NCBI GenBank assembly: GCA_020434205.1
Contig: JAGRBF010000159.1
Span: 1-43,495, forward strand
Reading direction: 5' to 3'
Origin: Calditrichota bacterium
GTDB taxonomy: Bacteria > Calditrichota > Calditrichia > RBG-13-44-9 > J075
Length of the DNA: 43,495 bases
This document shows, piece by piece, positions 1-9,573 of this stretch; within the stretch, counting starts at the first letter, position 1, and every line of letters begins with the position of its first letter. The notes beneath the pieces were generated by a model that worked only from the letters and a program-made list of their open reading frames with translations, did not search any database and was not told the origin of the DNA. Both the position numbers and the translations under genes were made by a program.

Positions 1-251
1 GGGTTGAAGGGGTTGGGGTAGTTTTGGCTAAGGCTGAAAGTCTGAGAAAGGGGCTGCTCGTCGCTAATTCCGGTAGGGGCCGATGAATATTTTATCAGCG
101 TATTAGTCGATCTACCGGCACTCGATGTACCGCCTACGTAAACACTCTCCCCGTTTGGACTAACACCGATACCAAGGGGGATTACCGCCGCGCAAAGACT
201 AATTAGAAAAAAACCTTCACTGGTAGAAAGCTTTTCAAGAGCATCTTCACC
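1..251 (-). CDS. Partial or remnant ORF whose C-terminus enters a T9SS (Por-type) sorting domain and runs off the left edge
   Basis: Own minus-strand translation reads ...APTGISDEQPLSQTFSLSQNYPNPFNP up to position 1. The same NYPNPFNP motif occurs in the CTD of the 5494-6717 gene. There is an in-frame stop at 252-254 and no ATG/GTG/TTG after it, so the start is unresolved (remnant or frameshift possible). Confidence 0.3.
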
Positions 252-263
252 TCACTTAAAAAA

Positions 264-3200
264 TCACTTCCCAATTAAAATAAAACTCGCCCACGAAAAG
301 GGGTTAGCGGTTTTAGGATCAGAGATCATTTTTAATTTTGCGGCCCGCAATGCATCTGCATAAGCATATTGATTGGAGAGAGCTGATTGGTAAAAAGCGA
401 ACATGAGTTTGGCCGTATGCTGATCCGGAACTTTCCAAAGTGAGGCAATTATGTTTTGGGTGCCTGTGTACAAAAACCCCCTGGTCAAAGCCATTAGCCC
501 TTCACCCGGAGCTAATTTCCCGGCACCGGTTTGGCAGGCGCTCAACACCAAAAGCTCAGGGGCCAAAGCCATGTTAAAGGTCTCTCCGGCAAATAGAAAT
601 CCATCCTCGGAATCGGTTGTATCCACCACCTGAGAAAAAGCCAGGAACGAATATTGAGGGTTTACCCCGTCCACAATACCATGGGTGGCAAGATGAACCA
701 TTCGGGCATTCCGGGAAGCCGTTTTAAACCGGCCTTCCGAACACATATCGTGCAGAAAAATTTGAGCGCGGTCGGGTTCAAACAAACGGGAGATTTGCTT
801 AACTTCCTGTTCGCTAAAACGAAGTTCCTCAAGTGAATTCCCATCCCTCAAGCGAAATGCGTCCAATGTATTTTTAACCAAATCCCAACTAATCCAATTT
901 GTTAGGCTTTCTAAAAATGTAGCGTTGGTTTCACGGAATACGGGGGCAAAACCGATGAAATCAATTGGAAATTTTTGATTCTTTTCTTCCACAACTGCTT
1001 TGTGATAAAGGGCTGAGGAGTAATGGTAATTGACCGAAAAACGTTTTATCAGATAGGGCAATTCGGTAAAATCCATTGGTGGGTCTTCGGCAGAGGTCGA
1101 TGAACACAACGATTCAAAAGGTAAACGCAGCAGTTCGCCATCGGGAATGATCACAATTTTCGTGCGGTTCTTAAGGTAAGGCTCAAATGGCCTAATGAGC
1201 TGACCGTAAAGGAATGAAGATGATTCTGCAAAGGTTTCCTTTGGGGAGAGAGCATGTGTGGAGGTGTTCAATTGATCCAAATGATGATCGAAATCGGAAG
1301 CTCGCTGAATTTTTAGGGGTATAAACCGGTCTGAGACAATACAAAAGGCATAAATATCCTTATCACCCAAAAAATACTCGATGATAACGATGCTATCGGC
1401 AATAACGCTCTGCAGTTGAGCCAAAGTAATGCTCTTGCTTTGATATTTCAGCTTTACATACTCAGGAAATTTTTCTTCCAGGATTTCGGTTAACTTTGAA
1501 TGGTCACGTTTGTAATTGAAAAGGCGGGTCCCTAAATCTTCTATCCGGGTGGTATCAAATTGAGACGTCTTCTGTTTTGCTTTCAGCAGCTCTGTTTCAC
1601 AAAAGACTATATTCTTGCGCAACTCAAGCTCTCGCCCAACCAGGCTATCCGGAATTTGCCCAAATTTTTGGGCCTTAACATCGGCAATCATCTTCAACAG
1701 GATAGCATTTTTGCTCCGGGCGGTCAATTCGTAGGCTAACTTATGGTACTCATTTTTGTTTCCATGCTCACTCAATTCCATGGCAACCCTGGCCCCCAGT
1801 TCAAAAAGCCGCCTGTTCTTTTGAGAAAGATCCAATAAGGACCCCTCTGCCCCAAAAGTCAATTGCAGATCATGGTAGAGGTCAAGCGCCATTTGGGCTG
1901 AGCTAAGACTCAATTCTAACCAGGGAACCTCCTTGTTCTCCAGATAGAGGTTTTCTGATGCTTCTGCTTTGAGGCTTAAAGCATTTAGTAAATCAATTTT
2001 GGACAAACTTGCTGATTCTCTGGGATTATTGAAAACATTGTCCTCATCAAAATCGGGGACGAGAGCAACGATCGCCCTTTGGGCATAGGTCATGGCCTGT
2101 TTAAAGTCCTGCCGATCAAAATACAAATGTGCAATTTCGAGAAGTGCTACGCCAACATAGGCATGTTTGGGGCCCAGGGATTGCTGACGATATTTGACCG
2201 CTTTATTGAAATTGTGCAGGGCGTTTTCCGTCGAATCCATCCCGTTGTAGATATTGCCGATAAGGATGTAAGCTTCGGTGCTGTAAAGGTGATCTTCTGA
2301 ATACTGGGAAAGGCGCTTTTCCAATCCTGTTTCTGCGTATTCAAGCGCTTTTTTAAAATTGCCAAGCTCCTTTTCAACCTTCCCAAGATCCATATAAATC
2401 CAGCTTTGTCGACCCGGTGGAAAGGAGATTTGGGTTGAAAGTCTTAGTGATTCTAAATAGTAATCCCTGGCCGTTTCCAATTGCCGTTTGTTGCGGTAAA
2501 CATCCCCCAATTCATTGGTCGCTTGTACTATTGCAGCGTGAATCGAACGTTGGTTAACATCGTTTTCTTTGAATATTTGTAATCCTCTGTTCGCGTAAAG
2601 CAAAGCAGTATCATAATCTCCCTTTTCCGAATATACCGCCACCAAATTGCTTATTGTCCTTGCTATTTGGGGATGATTTGGGGGGTATAAATCCTCGCAA
2701 ATATCAACAGAGGTTGTGAATTGAACAATTGCCTCATTTAAATCACCAGAACGCCAGTAAGCTCTCCCAAGATTTAAATGCGCCCTTGCAATTGGAAAAC
2801 GCACGTCTTCATTTTGCCCATTAAAAATATTAAGTGCTTCCTTAATGTTTCTAATGGATAAATCATAGTCGGTTCTTTGATAATACAGTATGCCAAGGCT
2901 GGTGTATACCAATCCTGCTTCCTTATGTTTTTTTCCCAAGGTTCTTTGATATATCCTCAGTGCTTTTTGCAAAGCTTTTTCTGAAAGCCCAAATTTGCCC
3001 GAATCAATGTAAACAACTCCTATAGAATGATTTGCCTTTGCCATCTGGAAATGATTTGTATCCAGGTGCGCGCTTACCAGAACAACCACGCTATCCAGAA
3101 GTCGCAGTGCCTGCGCTGACTGTAGATTCAACCAGTAATAATAACCGGCCTGGTTGAGGTTTTCGAGGCATTTTTCCCAAAAAACTTTTTCTGAGTATTC

Positions 3201-3422
3201 ATTGGCCAATCGGGAATAAATGGCCGCTGCCGCTTTGAATTTCGCTATAGTACTATCATAGTTCGATTTCTTGGCGAAGGACCGGGCTTGCTCAGCGAGT
3301 TGCTCTGCCTGCAAGGTATCTGCTGCAATCGGCGATTGGCTGTTCTGGCAATGGCCTTGAGGAAAAAACAAAGATAGCAGCATCAACAACGCGCAAACCA
3401 AAATGTTTACAATTGTTCTCAT
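264..3422 (-). CDS. Secreted TPR-repeat protein with C-terminal CHAT (caspase-like) domain
   Basis: ORF track gives 264..3524. I moved the start to ATG 3422: AGGAGG lies 8 nt upstream and the product begins with the signal-like MRTIVNILVCALLMLLSLFF. The body is a long array of TPR-like helical repeats. The C-terminal His/Cys dyad context (..VHLATHG.. and ..LVLSACQTGAGK..) is typical of CHAT domains. Confidence 0.85.
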   Translation of the reverse strand: MRTIVNILVCALLMLLSLFFPQGHCQNSQSPIAADTLQAEQLAEQARSFAKKSNYDSTIAKFKAAAAIYSRLANEYSEKVFWEKCLENLNQAGYYYWLNLQSAQALRLLDSVVVLVSAHLDTNHFQMAKANHSIGVVYIDSGKFGLSEKALQKALRIYQRTLGKKHKEAGLVYTSLGILYYQRTDYDLSIRNIKEALNIFNGQNEDVRFPIARAHLNLGRAYWRSGDLNEAIVQFTTSVDICEDLYPPNHPQIARTISNLVAVYSEKGDYDTALLYANRGLQIFKENDVNQRSIHAAIVQATNELGDVYRNKRQLETARDYYLESLRLSTQISFPPGRQSWIYMDLGKVEKELGNFKKALEYAETGLEKRLSQYSEDHLYSTEAYILIGNIYNGMDSTENALHNFNKAVKYRQQSLGPKHAYVGVALLEIAHLYFDRQDFKQAMTYAQRAIVALVPDFDEDNVFNNPRESASLSKIDLLNALSLKAEASENLYLENKEVPWLELSLSSAQMALDLYHDLQLTFGAEGSLLDLSQKNRRLFELGARVAMELSEHGNKNEYHKLAYELTARSKNAILLKMIADVKAQKFGQIPDSLVGRELELRKNIVFCETELLKAKQKTSQFDTTRIEDLGTRLFNYKRDHSKLTEILEEKFPEYVKLKYQSKSITLAQLQSVIADSIVIIEYFLGDKDIYAFCIVSDRFIPLKIQRASDFDHHLDQLNTSTHALSPKETFAESSSFLYGQLIRPFEPYLKNRTKIVIIPDGELLRLPFESLCSSTSAEDPPMDFTELPYLIKRFSVNYHYSSALYHKAVVEEKNQKFPIDFIGFAPVFRETNATFLESLTNWISWDLVKNTLDAFRLRDGNSLEELRFSEQEVKQISRLFEPDRAQIFLHDMCSEGRFKTASRNARMVHLATHGIVDGVNPQYSFLAFSQVVDTTDSEDGFLFAGETFNMALAPELLVLSACQTGAGKLAPGEGLMALTRGFLYTGTQNIIASLWKVPDQHTAKLMFAFYQSALSNQYAYADALRAAKLKMISDPKTANPFSWASFILIGK

Positions 3423-3965
3423 CGCCAAAGCCTCCTGATTGGTCAATTGTAAAGGGTAGCCTGGGAAGTCGTCAATAGTATCGATCCTGCATAAGCCCGA
3501 CGGGTTTGGAAAGCAATAAGTCAAAAATACTGAAAATTAGCATCAAATGCATAACCCTAAACCGGTTTCTAAAATACAGTCGCGGAAATTGCATGGACGA
3601 AGCTGGTACCCCAATGGCACAAAAAGCTAGCAGTTTACCTGGATCGATTAATATCAACCCTTTTATTTTAGAATGCTGCTTACTATTTTTGATCAGATCT
3701 GAATTGCCCATACGGAGTTTGGCCCTCCCTTTTAAGAGATAACCACGGTGATAACTGGCTTCGAAGTAAATGCTAAAATAGGCTCAAATACCGCCATTCC
3801 TCTTACGGGTTTCTGGTCACGTTCCGATCCTGGTCAAAATGCCCTGTTCGTTTGGCTAAATACGGAAGGGCATGTTGGACAATAAGGCAGTCGCAGAATT
3901 CGAGTCCTGAAAATAGGTTTTGGATTCCTAAAAACCTTTCTCATCAGCCGAATGGAAACAGATAA

Positions 3966-4580
3966 ATGAAGGATGCCGATCATTTAGAACTTTTCCGGCA
4001 GATAAAAGCAGGCGAAAAATCCGCTGAGGCGTCATTATTCCGGAAATATCAGGTCCCTATTCTCTGGAAAACCCGTAGACAAATCCATGCTGATCCGGAG
4101 ACCATTCGGGATATTGTCAGCGACATTCTCGCGGAAATCCTGACGACTTTGCACAAAAAAGACTTTGATCCTTATAAATGGGAATCGCTGGATGCACTGG
4201 CTTGGGGGATTACCCAGAATAAAATCCGAAATTGGTTCCGGCATCAGAAAGTGGTTGACAAATACAATCTACGCGAAGAGCTTAATGAAGAACTGGTTCA
4301 AGCGGCAGACCAACATCTGGTCGAAACGAATGAGGTTGCTCAACTGGTAAAAGATCTCTTGAAAACCCTCGCTCCCAAGTATCGTGAGGTGCTGATTTTG
4401 CGCTACTTGAAAGAGCTGAGTATTTCTGAAATTGGTGAAAAAGTAGGATTGCCTGAGAGAAGGGTTAGTGAACGGATCCATTACGCTTTGAAGCTCATGA
4501 ACAATGAATGCCAAAAACGAGGGATACTCTCAATATCCAGCATCCTTGGGTTATTTCCAATGTGGTGTAAAGCGTATTAA
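3966..4580 (+). CDS. ECF-type RNA polymerase sigma-70 family factor
   Basis: About 200 aa. Region 2-like segment (DIVSDILAEIL...WGITQNKIRNWFR) and region 4 HTH (YREVLILRYLKELSISEIGEKVGLPERRVSERIHYALKLM). Confidence 0.85.
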   Translation: MKDADHLELFRQIKAGEKSAEASLFRKYQVPILWKTRRQIHADPETIRDIVSDILAEILTTLHKKDFDPYKWESLDALAWGITQNKIRNWFRHQKVVDKYNLREELNEELVQAADQHLVETNEVAQLVKDLLKTLAPKYREVLILRYLKELSISEIGEKVGLPERRVSERIHYALKLMNNECQKRGILSISSILGLFPMWCKAY

Positions 4581-4597
4581 CCCAAAGAAGAGTAAAA

Positions 4598-5260
4598 ATG
4601 AGGAACAACAATACCGGCAATTGGCAAGATCGCATTGATGATTACCTTCTGGGTAACCTTAAAGAGGACGAGGTAAAAGCTTTCGAAATCTACTGTTTCG
4701 GAAATCCGGATTTTCTGAAGCAGGTGCGTTTGCGGGAACAACTCATCCAGGCAGTAAAAGAAGCACCCTCAGAAGCGGCACTAAGCCCGGGAAGTGATTC
4801 TGTTTTTGAAGATTATTCAAACAAAAGCGATCCAAAATTTTGGTGGTTGGGCATCGCGGCAGCAATTCTGCTCCTGGGTACCATTTTATTTCAGGGCTAT
4901 AATTATTACCAGGTTCAAAAGCTGCTACAAGGACCAACCTATCGTGAGAATCCATCCTATGAGGGTCTTTTGGAGCAAGAATTGCGATCGCAGACAAGTA
5001 AGATCAAAATCGTGAGTCCCGAAATGGGTCAAAAAACCCGTGGCCCCATTACCTTTCGGTGGAATATTACCCCTCAATCAACAAAGAGCGATTCCTTGCA
5101 ACTACTAATATTTGACAATCAAGGTCAGGAAACGATTGGTAAGACGCTAACCGGAGAAATCTTTGTTGTTTCTGAACCGCCTGAACCAGGCCTCTATTAT
5201 TGGGAGCTGTTGGATAGCCAGGGTTTGGTATATCTGGGTAAATTTATAGTTTTGCCCTGA
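4598..5260 (+). CDS. Putative anti-sigma factor (single-pass membrane protein)
   Basis: Starts 17 nt after the ECF sigma gene on the same strand. Short N-terminal cytoplasmic domain, one TM helix (FWWLGIAAAILLLGTILF) and an extracytoplasmic C-domain. Assigned by position and topology only. Confidence 0.55.
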   Translation: MRNNNTGNWQDRIDDYLLGNLKEDEVKAFEIYCFGNPDFLKQVRLREQLIQAVKEAPSEAALSPGSDSVFEDYSNKSDPKFWWLGIAAAILLLGTILFQGYNYYQVQKLLQGPTYRENPSYEGLLEQELRSQTSKIKIVSPEMGQKTRGPITFRWNITPQSTKSDSLQLLIFDNQGQETIGKTLTGEIFVVSEPPEPGLYYWELLDSQGLVYLGKFIVLP

Positions 5261-5493
5261 AGAATTCCCCCCAATTTTCTATTAACGTTTTTGGAAGAAC
5301 TTTTTTAGCCTGCCTCATAACCCCTATATACAGCTGACATTTTATCCCCCTCACCTCATTTCTGCATGAGAGCCTCATTTTTTTCTCTTTTCAATATTGT
5401 CGCCACTTAGGGTATTGGTTAGAAAATATGGGTTCACACATACCCGGATTTTTTTCAAAACACACCAATTGCCCATTAACCTGGAGGCATAAC

Positions 5494-6717
5494 ATGAAAA
5501 GATCTGCTATTGCTCGGTTCGTCTGGTTGCTCTTGTTCTCAATGATTCTATTCTCCTTTATTCAACCCGTATTTACCCAAACCGCTGACAAACCAGGGTC
5601 ATTGTCTAAAGTAATGTCAAGTGGCAAGGTTTATTGGACAAGTACGACGGGAGGCCATGTTGCCCGTGCCAATCTGGATGGAAGTGAGGTGGAAACGCTT
5701 ATTACCGGTCAGGGTTTGCCATCCGGCATAGCCCTGGACTATGCTGAAGGAAAAATTTACTGGGTGGAACGTCTGCGGAATCGGATTCAGCGCTCTAACA
5801 TGGATGGCTCAAGTATTGAGGCCATTGTTAGCGGTCTGGAGAGCCCGTATGGTTTGGCCATTGACACCCTGGGTAGAAAAATGTATTGGTACGCCGGAAG
5901 ATCATTGAAAATCCAGCGATCCAATTTGGATGGAACGGCGATTGAGGATATCGTAACCGGCGGAAGAATTGGGGAAGCTGGAGAACTTCACATTGATGCC
6001 AATGGACAGCAAATTTATTGGACCAATTGGGGAAGTTCCGGTTCTCTAATGCGTGCCGGGCTGGATGGCAGTAATGTAACCACGTTGTTAAGCAACATCA
6101 TTTTTCCTTATGGTATCGATATTGATTATTCCGCCAATAAGATATACTGGATAGAAATTCGACAGACTGATGGAAAGATTTGGCGTTGCAATTTGGATGG
6201 AAGTGAGCAGGAATCCGTTATTACAGGTATATCCAACTTCCCGAATGATTTGGCAATTGACGTTGAAGGCGGGAAAATGTATTGGACCCATTTTTCCGGG
6301 AGCAATGTTATTGAACGTGCCAATCTGGATGGCACCGAGCAAGAAATTTTGGTAACCGGTATTTCCGGTTCAGAAGGAATCGCCCTGGACTTAACAACGG
6401 TTGTTGGGCTGGATCCTTCTACCTCTACTCCAGCAGAAAGTTTTGAATTGTATGCCAACTACCCCAACCCTTTCAACCCGGAAACCCACATTGAATTCAA
6501 CCTGAGCCGGGCGGGCCAGGTGCGTCTGGAAATCTTTAATGTAGCCGGGGAAATGGTTGCGCTTTTGTTAGGGGAGTGGGTTAGCGCCGGACGTCATCAA
6601 CTCACCTGGCAGGGCCGCGATCAACATGGGCGTTCGGTTCCCAGCGGGGTTTACTTCTGCCGCCTCAGCAACAATGGCCAGCTTAGTAAAACCCGTAAAA
6701 TGATTCTCCTACGTTAG
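5494..6717 (+). CDS. YWTD (LDL-receptor class B) six-bladed beta-propeller protein with T9SS C-terminal sorting domain
   Basis: Start moved to ATG 5494 (GGAGG at 5483-5487; signal peptide MKRSAIARFVWLLLFSMILFSF). Six repeats of the K(V/I/M)YW..-..R.NLDGS.. type. C-terminal NYPNPFNPETHIEF...GVYFCRL...KMILLR. Confidence 0.8.
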   Translation: MKRSAIARFVWLLLFSMILFSFIQPVFTQTADKPGSLSKVMSSGKVYWTSTTGGHVARANLDGSEVETLITGQGLPSGIALDYAEGKIYWVERLRNRIQRSNMDGSSIEAIVSGLESPYGLAIDTLGRKMYWYAGRSLKIQRSNLDGTAIEDIVTGGRIGEAGELHIDANGQQIYWTNWGSSGSLMRAGLDGSNVTTLLSNIIFPYGIDIDYSANKIYWIEIRQTDGKIWRCNLDGSEQESVITGISNFPNDLAIDVEGGKMYWTHFSGSNVIERANLDGTEQEILVTGISGSEGIALDLTTVVGLDPSTSTPAESFELYANYPNPFNPETHIEFNLSRAGQVRLEIFNVAGEMVALLLGEWVSAGRHQLTWQGRDQHGRSVPSGVYFCRLSNNGQLSKTRKMILLR

Positions 6718-6848
6718 CCTGAAAAGAGCTGGCAGGGTTGCGGGTCCCGGCCAGCCACCTCCAATGGGATCTTCATTCCCTGAACATCATCATTAAATCC
6801 GAAAACCAAAATTGGCTGCGGTGTGCTTGCCCAAAAGGGGAGACTATT

Positions 6849-7655
6849 GTGAAAAAGCCTTACTTCTATTTCTCCGAAGTTCAATCTGCCGGGCAACTCC
6901 GGCAGCTGTTTAAACTGCGCTACCGCACTTACCAAAGCAGTCGTCTCAGGGGATTTTTAGAGGAAAATAAACATGAAATGGATCTGGATGGTTACGACCT
7001 GCGGTCCCGTCATTTTGGGCTGTTTGAGGCCGGAGAAGGGGCGGCTGATCCGGTTGGTCATTTGCGGGTTATTCAGGATCATGACGGCCCCAATCGGGAA
7101 CGGGTGTTGCGCGTGGCCAGAGAAACGGGATTTGACCCGGCAATGCTCGAACAGGCACCTTCAGAACCTTTTCCCCTAATTCTTTTTCATAAGGATGACA
7201 GAGTCTTGCAACATCTTTACCGTGGCTGCCGGGAAAGGGGGGCGTCATTGGTTGAAGCCTCGCGCCTATGCATTGCCGCTCCGGTGGCCTCCCCCGAACT
7301 GATGGCCTTTGTGATGCATTCCGCCATGGCCATTTACCTGCTGGTTCTTGGTTGTGATTACGCCATGATGGCCTGCTCTCCCAATCACACGCCCTTCTAC
7401 CGGATCGCCGGATGGCGGAAGTTTCCCAACGTCCCTCCATTTGATATCCACGGGGTGAGGCTTATCCCCATGATGATCACCAGGACACAAATTGCTGCTC
7501 CTTTAGCTCCCACTGTTGAATTGATGGCACAGGCCTATCGGGAAACCGGGCGGATTTGCTTTTATCCCCATAGCCGAGGGCACTTTTTGCCGCCTGATGA
7601 GCAAGAGCCTGGATCGCTAAAAGCTGATCAATTTGCCATGCCCCCTATTGAATAA
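6849..7655 (+). CDS. GNAT-fold N-acyltransferase, autoinducer-synthase / N-acyl-amino-acid-synthase (FeeM)-like
   Basis: ORF track starts at TTG 6738. GTG 6849 preceded by GGGGAG (6838-6843) is more plausible. The N-terminal pattern LFKLRYRTY...GF...DLDGYD...HFGLF recalls the LuxI/FeeM-like acyltransferase family from memory only. GC-richer than the flanks. Confidence 0.45.
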   Translation: MKKPYFYFSEVQSAGQLRQLFKLRYRTYQSSRLRGFLEENKHEMDLDGYDLRSRHFGLFEAGEGAADPVGHLRVIQDHDGPNRERVLRVARETGFDPAMLEQAPSEPFPLILFHKDDRVLQHLYRGCRERGASLVEASRLCIAAPVASPELMAFVMHSAMAIYLLVLGCDYAMMACSPNHTPFYRIAGWRKFPNVPPFDIHGVRLIPMMITRTQIAAPLAPTVELMAQAYRETGRICFYPHSRGHFLPPDEQEPGSLKADQFAMPPIE

Positions 7656-7716
7656 CCTCATACAGCAGATAGTTAAATTTTACAGTAAAACAACACCTGG
7701 TAACGGAGAATAAAAC

Positions 7717-8358
7717 ATGCGCAAGCTTCTCACCGCCATCATCTTAACCGCCTGTTTTTATCTGGTTCCCTTGTTGGGAAACCCGGGTCTGATCCTTGAT
7801 CCCCGAATCCTCACCCTGATCGTCGCCGCCCTTGTCCTGTTACTGACTCAGCCCGCTCTGAGCACCAAAGAAGCCCGGGAGCGGCGGGCAGATGACCGCT
7901 ACTCAGTGTTAATCATCATGGGAGTTACCGCCCTGGTGCAAATAATTTCCGTGCTTGAATGGGCATACGCCGATGCCGGGTTGTTTTCCGGGGGGAAAAT
8001 CCTTACCACCCTGGCAGCCACCCTGCTCTTAATGGGTATCCTGTTGCGATTGTGGGCCATTCGTGAATTGGGACGTTTCTTCACCGCCACCGTTTACATT
8101 GCCGAGGACCAGCAGATCATTACCAGCGGGCCTTTCACCATTGTTCGCCATCCCAGCTACTTGGGTGCCTACCTGGCTGTGATCGGCAGCGCCCTTTTGT
8201 TGGGATCATTCTGGGGCACCTTATTGGGGCTGGTTGGGCTCTTCGGCGCCTACCACCACCGCATTGCCGCTGAAGAAAAAGCCATGTTGGGCGCCTTTGG
8301 GGAGTCTTACCGCGCCTATCAGACCCGGACGCAGCGGATGATTCCCTTTGTGTGGTAG
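7717..8358 (+). CDS. ICMT/PEMT-family integral membrane methyltransferase
   Basis: Multiple TM helices. The C-terminal block GPFTIVRHPSYLGAYLAVIGSALLLGS ... EEKAML..FGESYRAYQ..T.RMIPFVW is characteristic of isoprenylcysteine carboxyl / phospholipid methyltransferase-type enzymes. GGAG lies 8 nt upstream of the ATG. Confidence 0.75.
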   Translation: MRKLLTAIILTACFYLVPLLGNPGLILDPRILTLIVAALVLLLTQPALSTKEARERRADDRYSVLIIMGVTALVQIISVLEWAYADAGLFSGGKILTTLAATLLLMGILLRLWAIRELGRFFTATVYIAEDQQIITSGPFTIVRHPSYLGAYLAVIGSALLLGSFWGTLLGLVGLFGAYHHRIAAEEKAMLGAFGESYRAYQTRTQRMIPFVW

Positions 8359-8610
8359 TTTGCGGCAACTAATCACGCCAAATCCAAACTCAGAAAGGAC
8401 AGGAGTCTATCGTGGATTTGGGGTTGATTTTGGTTTAGTGAAATAATACGGTCATTCCCTCAAAAGCAAATTGCAACTGGTCAATTGAGGGAGGGTTTTC
8501 CGGAATTGTCAAAAGTTTAGGTCCCTTTGGACTGATCATTGATACCGCTATTTCCTGGGGGGATTGCCCTATACATCTCTCCTACAAATCATTCCTGTTT
8601 TGAAGATAAA

Positions 8611-9573
8611 CTATTTTCCCCCCTCAACCGCCTTGCACACCCACTCCCGGTTCCTGGTGTAGGTCTCGGAATTGGCAAAAATGTGGGTAAAGCGGATTGT
8701 CGTCTGTGTATGGGCCTTCCCTTTGCGAAAGTTGTCAAAACCTGCCGGGATTTCCAGATTGAGGTAGGTGGAGAGGAGATGACGATCATGCAAATTGATT
8801 GGGTTGTTGCGCGGAATGTTGGTCAGGCAGAATTTTATCGCCGGGAATCTTTGCCGAACCGTTTTTCGGACCTCAGCTTCAATTTCCCTGGCCCCCGAAT
8901 CGGACATGCTTTTATCTTCTATCCGCGTGATCAGGTGAAAGTGAAACGCTACTCCAACTCTCGATGAGATGGTCTCCAAGATTTTGACAAGAAGCTGATA
9001 TCTTCTCTTAACCTGATAATCAGAACACAGGTAGGGATCGATCAACACAAATGCCTTTGAAGGGAGAAGAATTTCTCCCAGGATATCATCCAGGGAGGCG
9101 GCTTGACCCTGAGCAAAGGTTTTTGATTTTTCGCGGATCATAACCGACCACTTGCTTCGAAATTTTTCAACATCGAGTATCAAAACGCCATTTTGGGAGG
9201 CATAGCCCCGATCCTTCTGATTGGGTTTTTCTTTCAGGATCAAAAAAATCCGATCCCAAAAGGCCTTTTCTTCCAATAGAATTGGGTTAGCCTTTTCGTC
9301 TCCTTGCGGGAGCCGCTCATGTTCAAGGGGGACAATCGGACAATCCAAATTGTTGGGGTCTAAAAACTTCCTTAAGTGGGGATTTTCTCTGGCCTCCTGC
9401 CCCAATTGGGAAATTTGCCCCCTTACCAATTGCACATTACACTTTCCTTTTATGAAGGAAATGACGTTGAGTAACTGTTCGCTCCTTTCCAAATCCTCCT
9501 GTTCCCAGGAGAGGCGTAAGTCAACAAACAGGCGTTTGATAAAAAAATGGTCAACCCGCGTATTAAACCTCAA
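8611..9573 (-). CDS. Uncharacterised 320-aa partner of the upstream ATPase (possible PLD-fold / MIT_C-like C-terminal domain)
   Basis: TTG start overlaps the ATPase stop (TTGA, 9570-9573). I recognised no catalytic motif with confidence. C-terminal ..NPINLHDRHLLSTYLNLEIPAGFDNF.. weakly recalls the HDR...G.D motif of MIT_C/PLD-like folds. The start codon is uncertain. Confidence 0.55.
   Translation of the reverse strand: MRFNTRVDHFFIKRLFVDLRLSWEQEDLERSEQLLNVISFIKGKCNVQLVRGQISQLGQEARENPHLRKFLDPNNLDCPIVPLEHERLPQGDEKANPILLEEKAFWDRIFLILKEKPNQKDRGYASQNGVLILDVEKFRSKWSVMIREKSKTFAQGQAASLDDILGEILLPSKAFVLIDPYLCSDYQVKRRYQLLVKILETISSRVGVAFHFHLITRIEDKSMSDSGAREIEAEVRKTVRQRFPAIKFCLTNIPRNNPINLHDRHLLSTYLNLEIPAGFDNFRKGKAHTQTTIRFTHIFANSETYTRNREWVCKAVEGGK

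Noticed and set aside
8378-8421. Hairpin CCAAATCCA...TGGATTTGG after the ICMT gene as an intrinsic terminator
   Set aside because: The stem is only 9 bp and AT-rich, the loop is 26 nt, and there is no clean U-tract. This is too weak to call.
8539-8967. 142-aa plus-strand ORF at the 3' end of the ATPase-partner gene
   Set aside because: It overlaps the minus-strand 320-aa gene, which is supported by start/stop coupling to the ATPase. It has no SD or motif, and its product composition is antisense-like.
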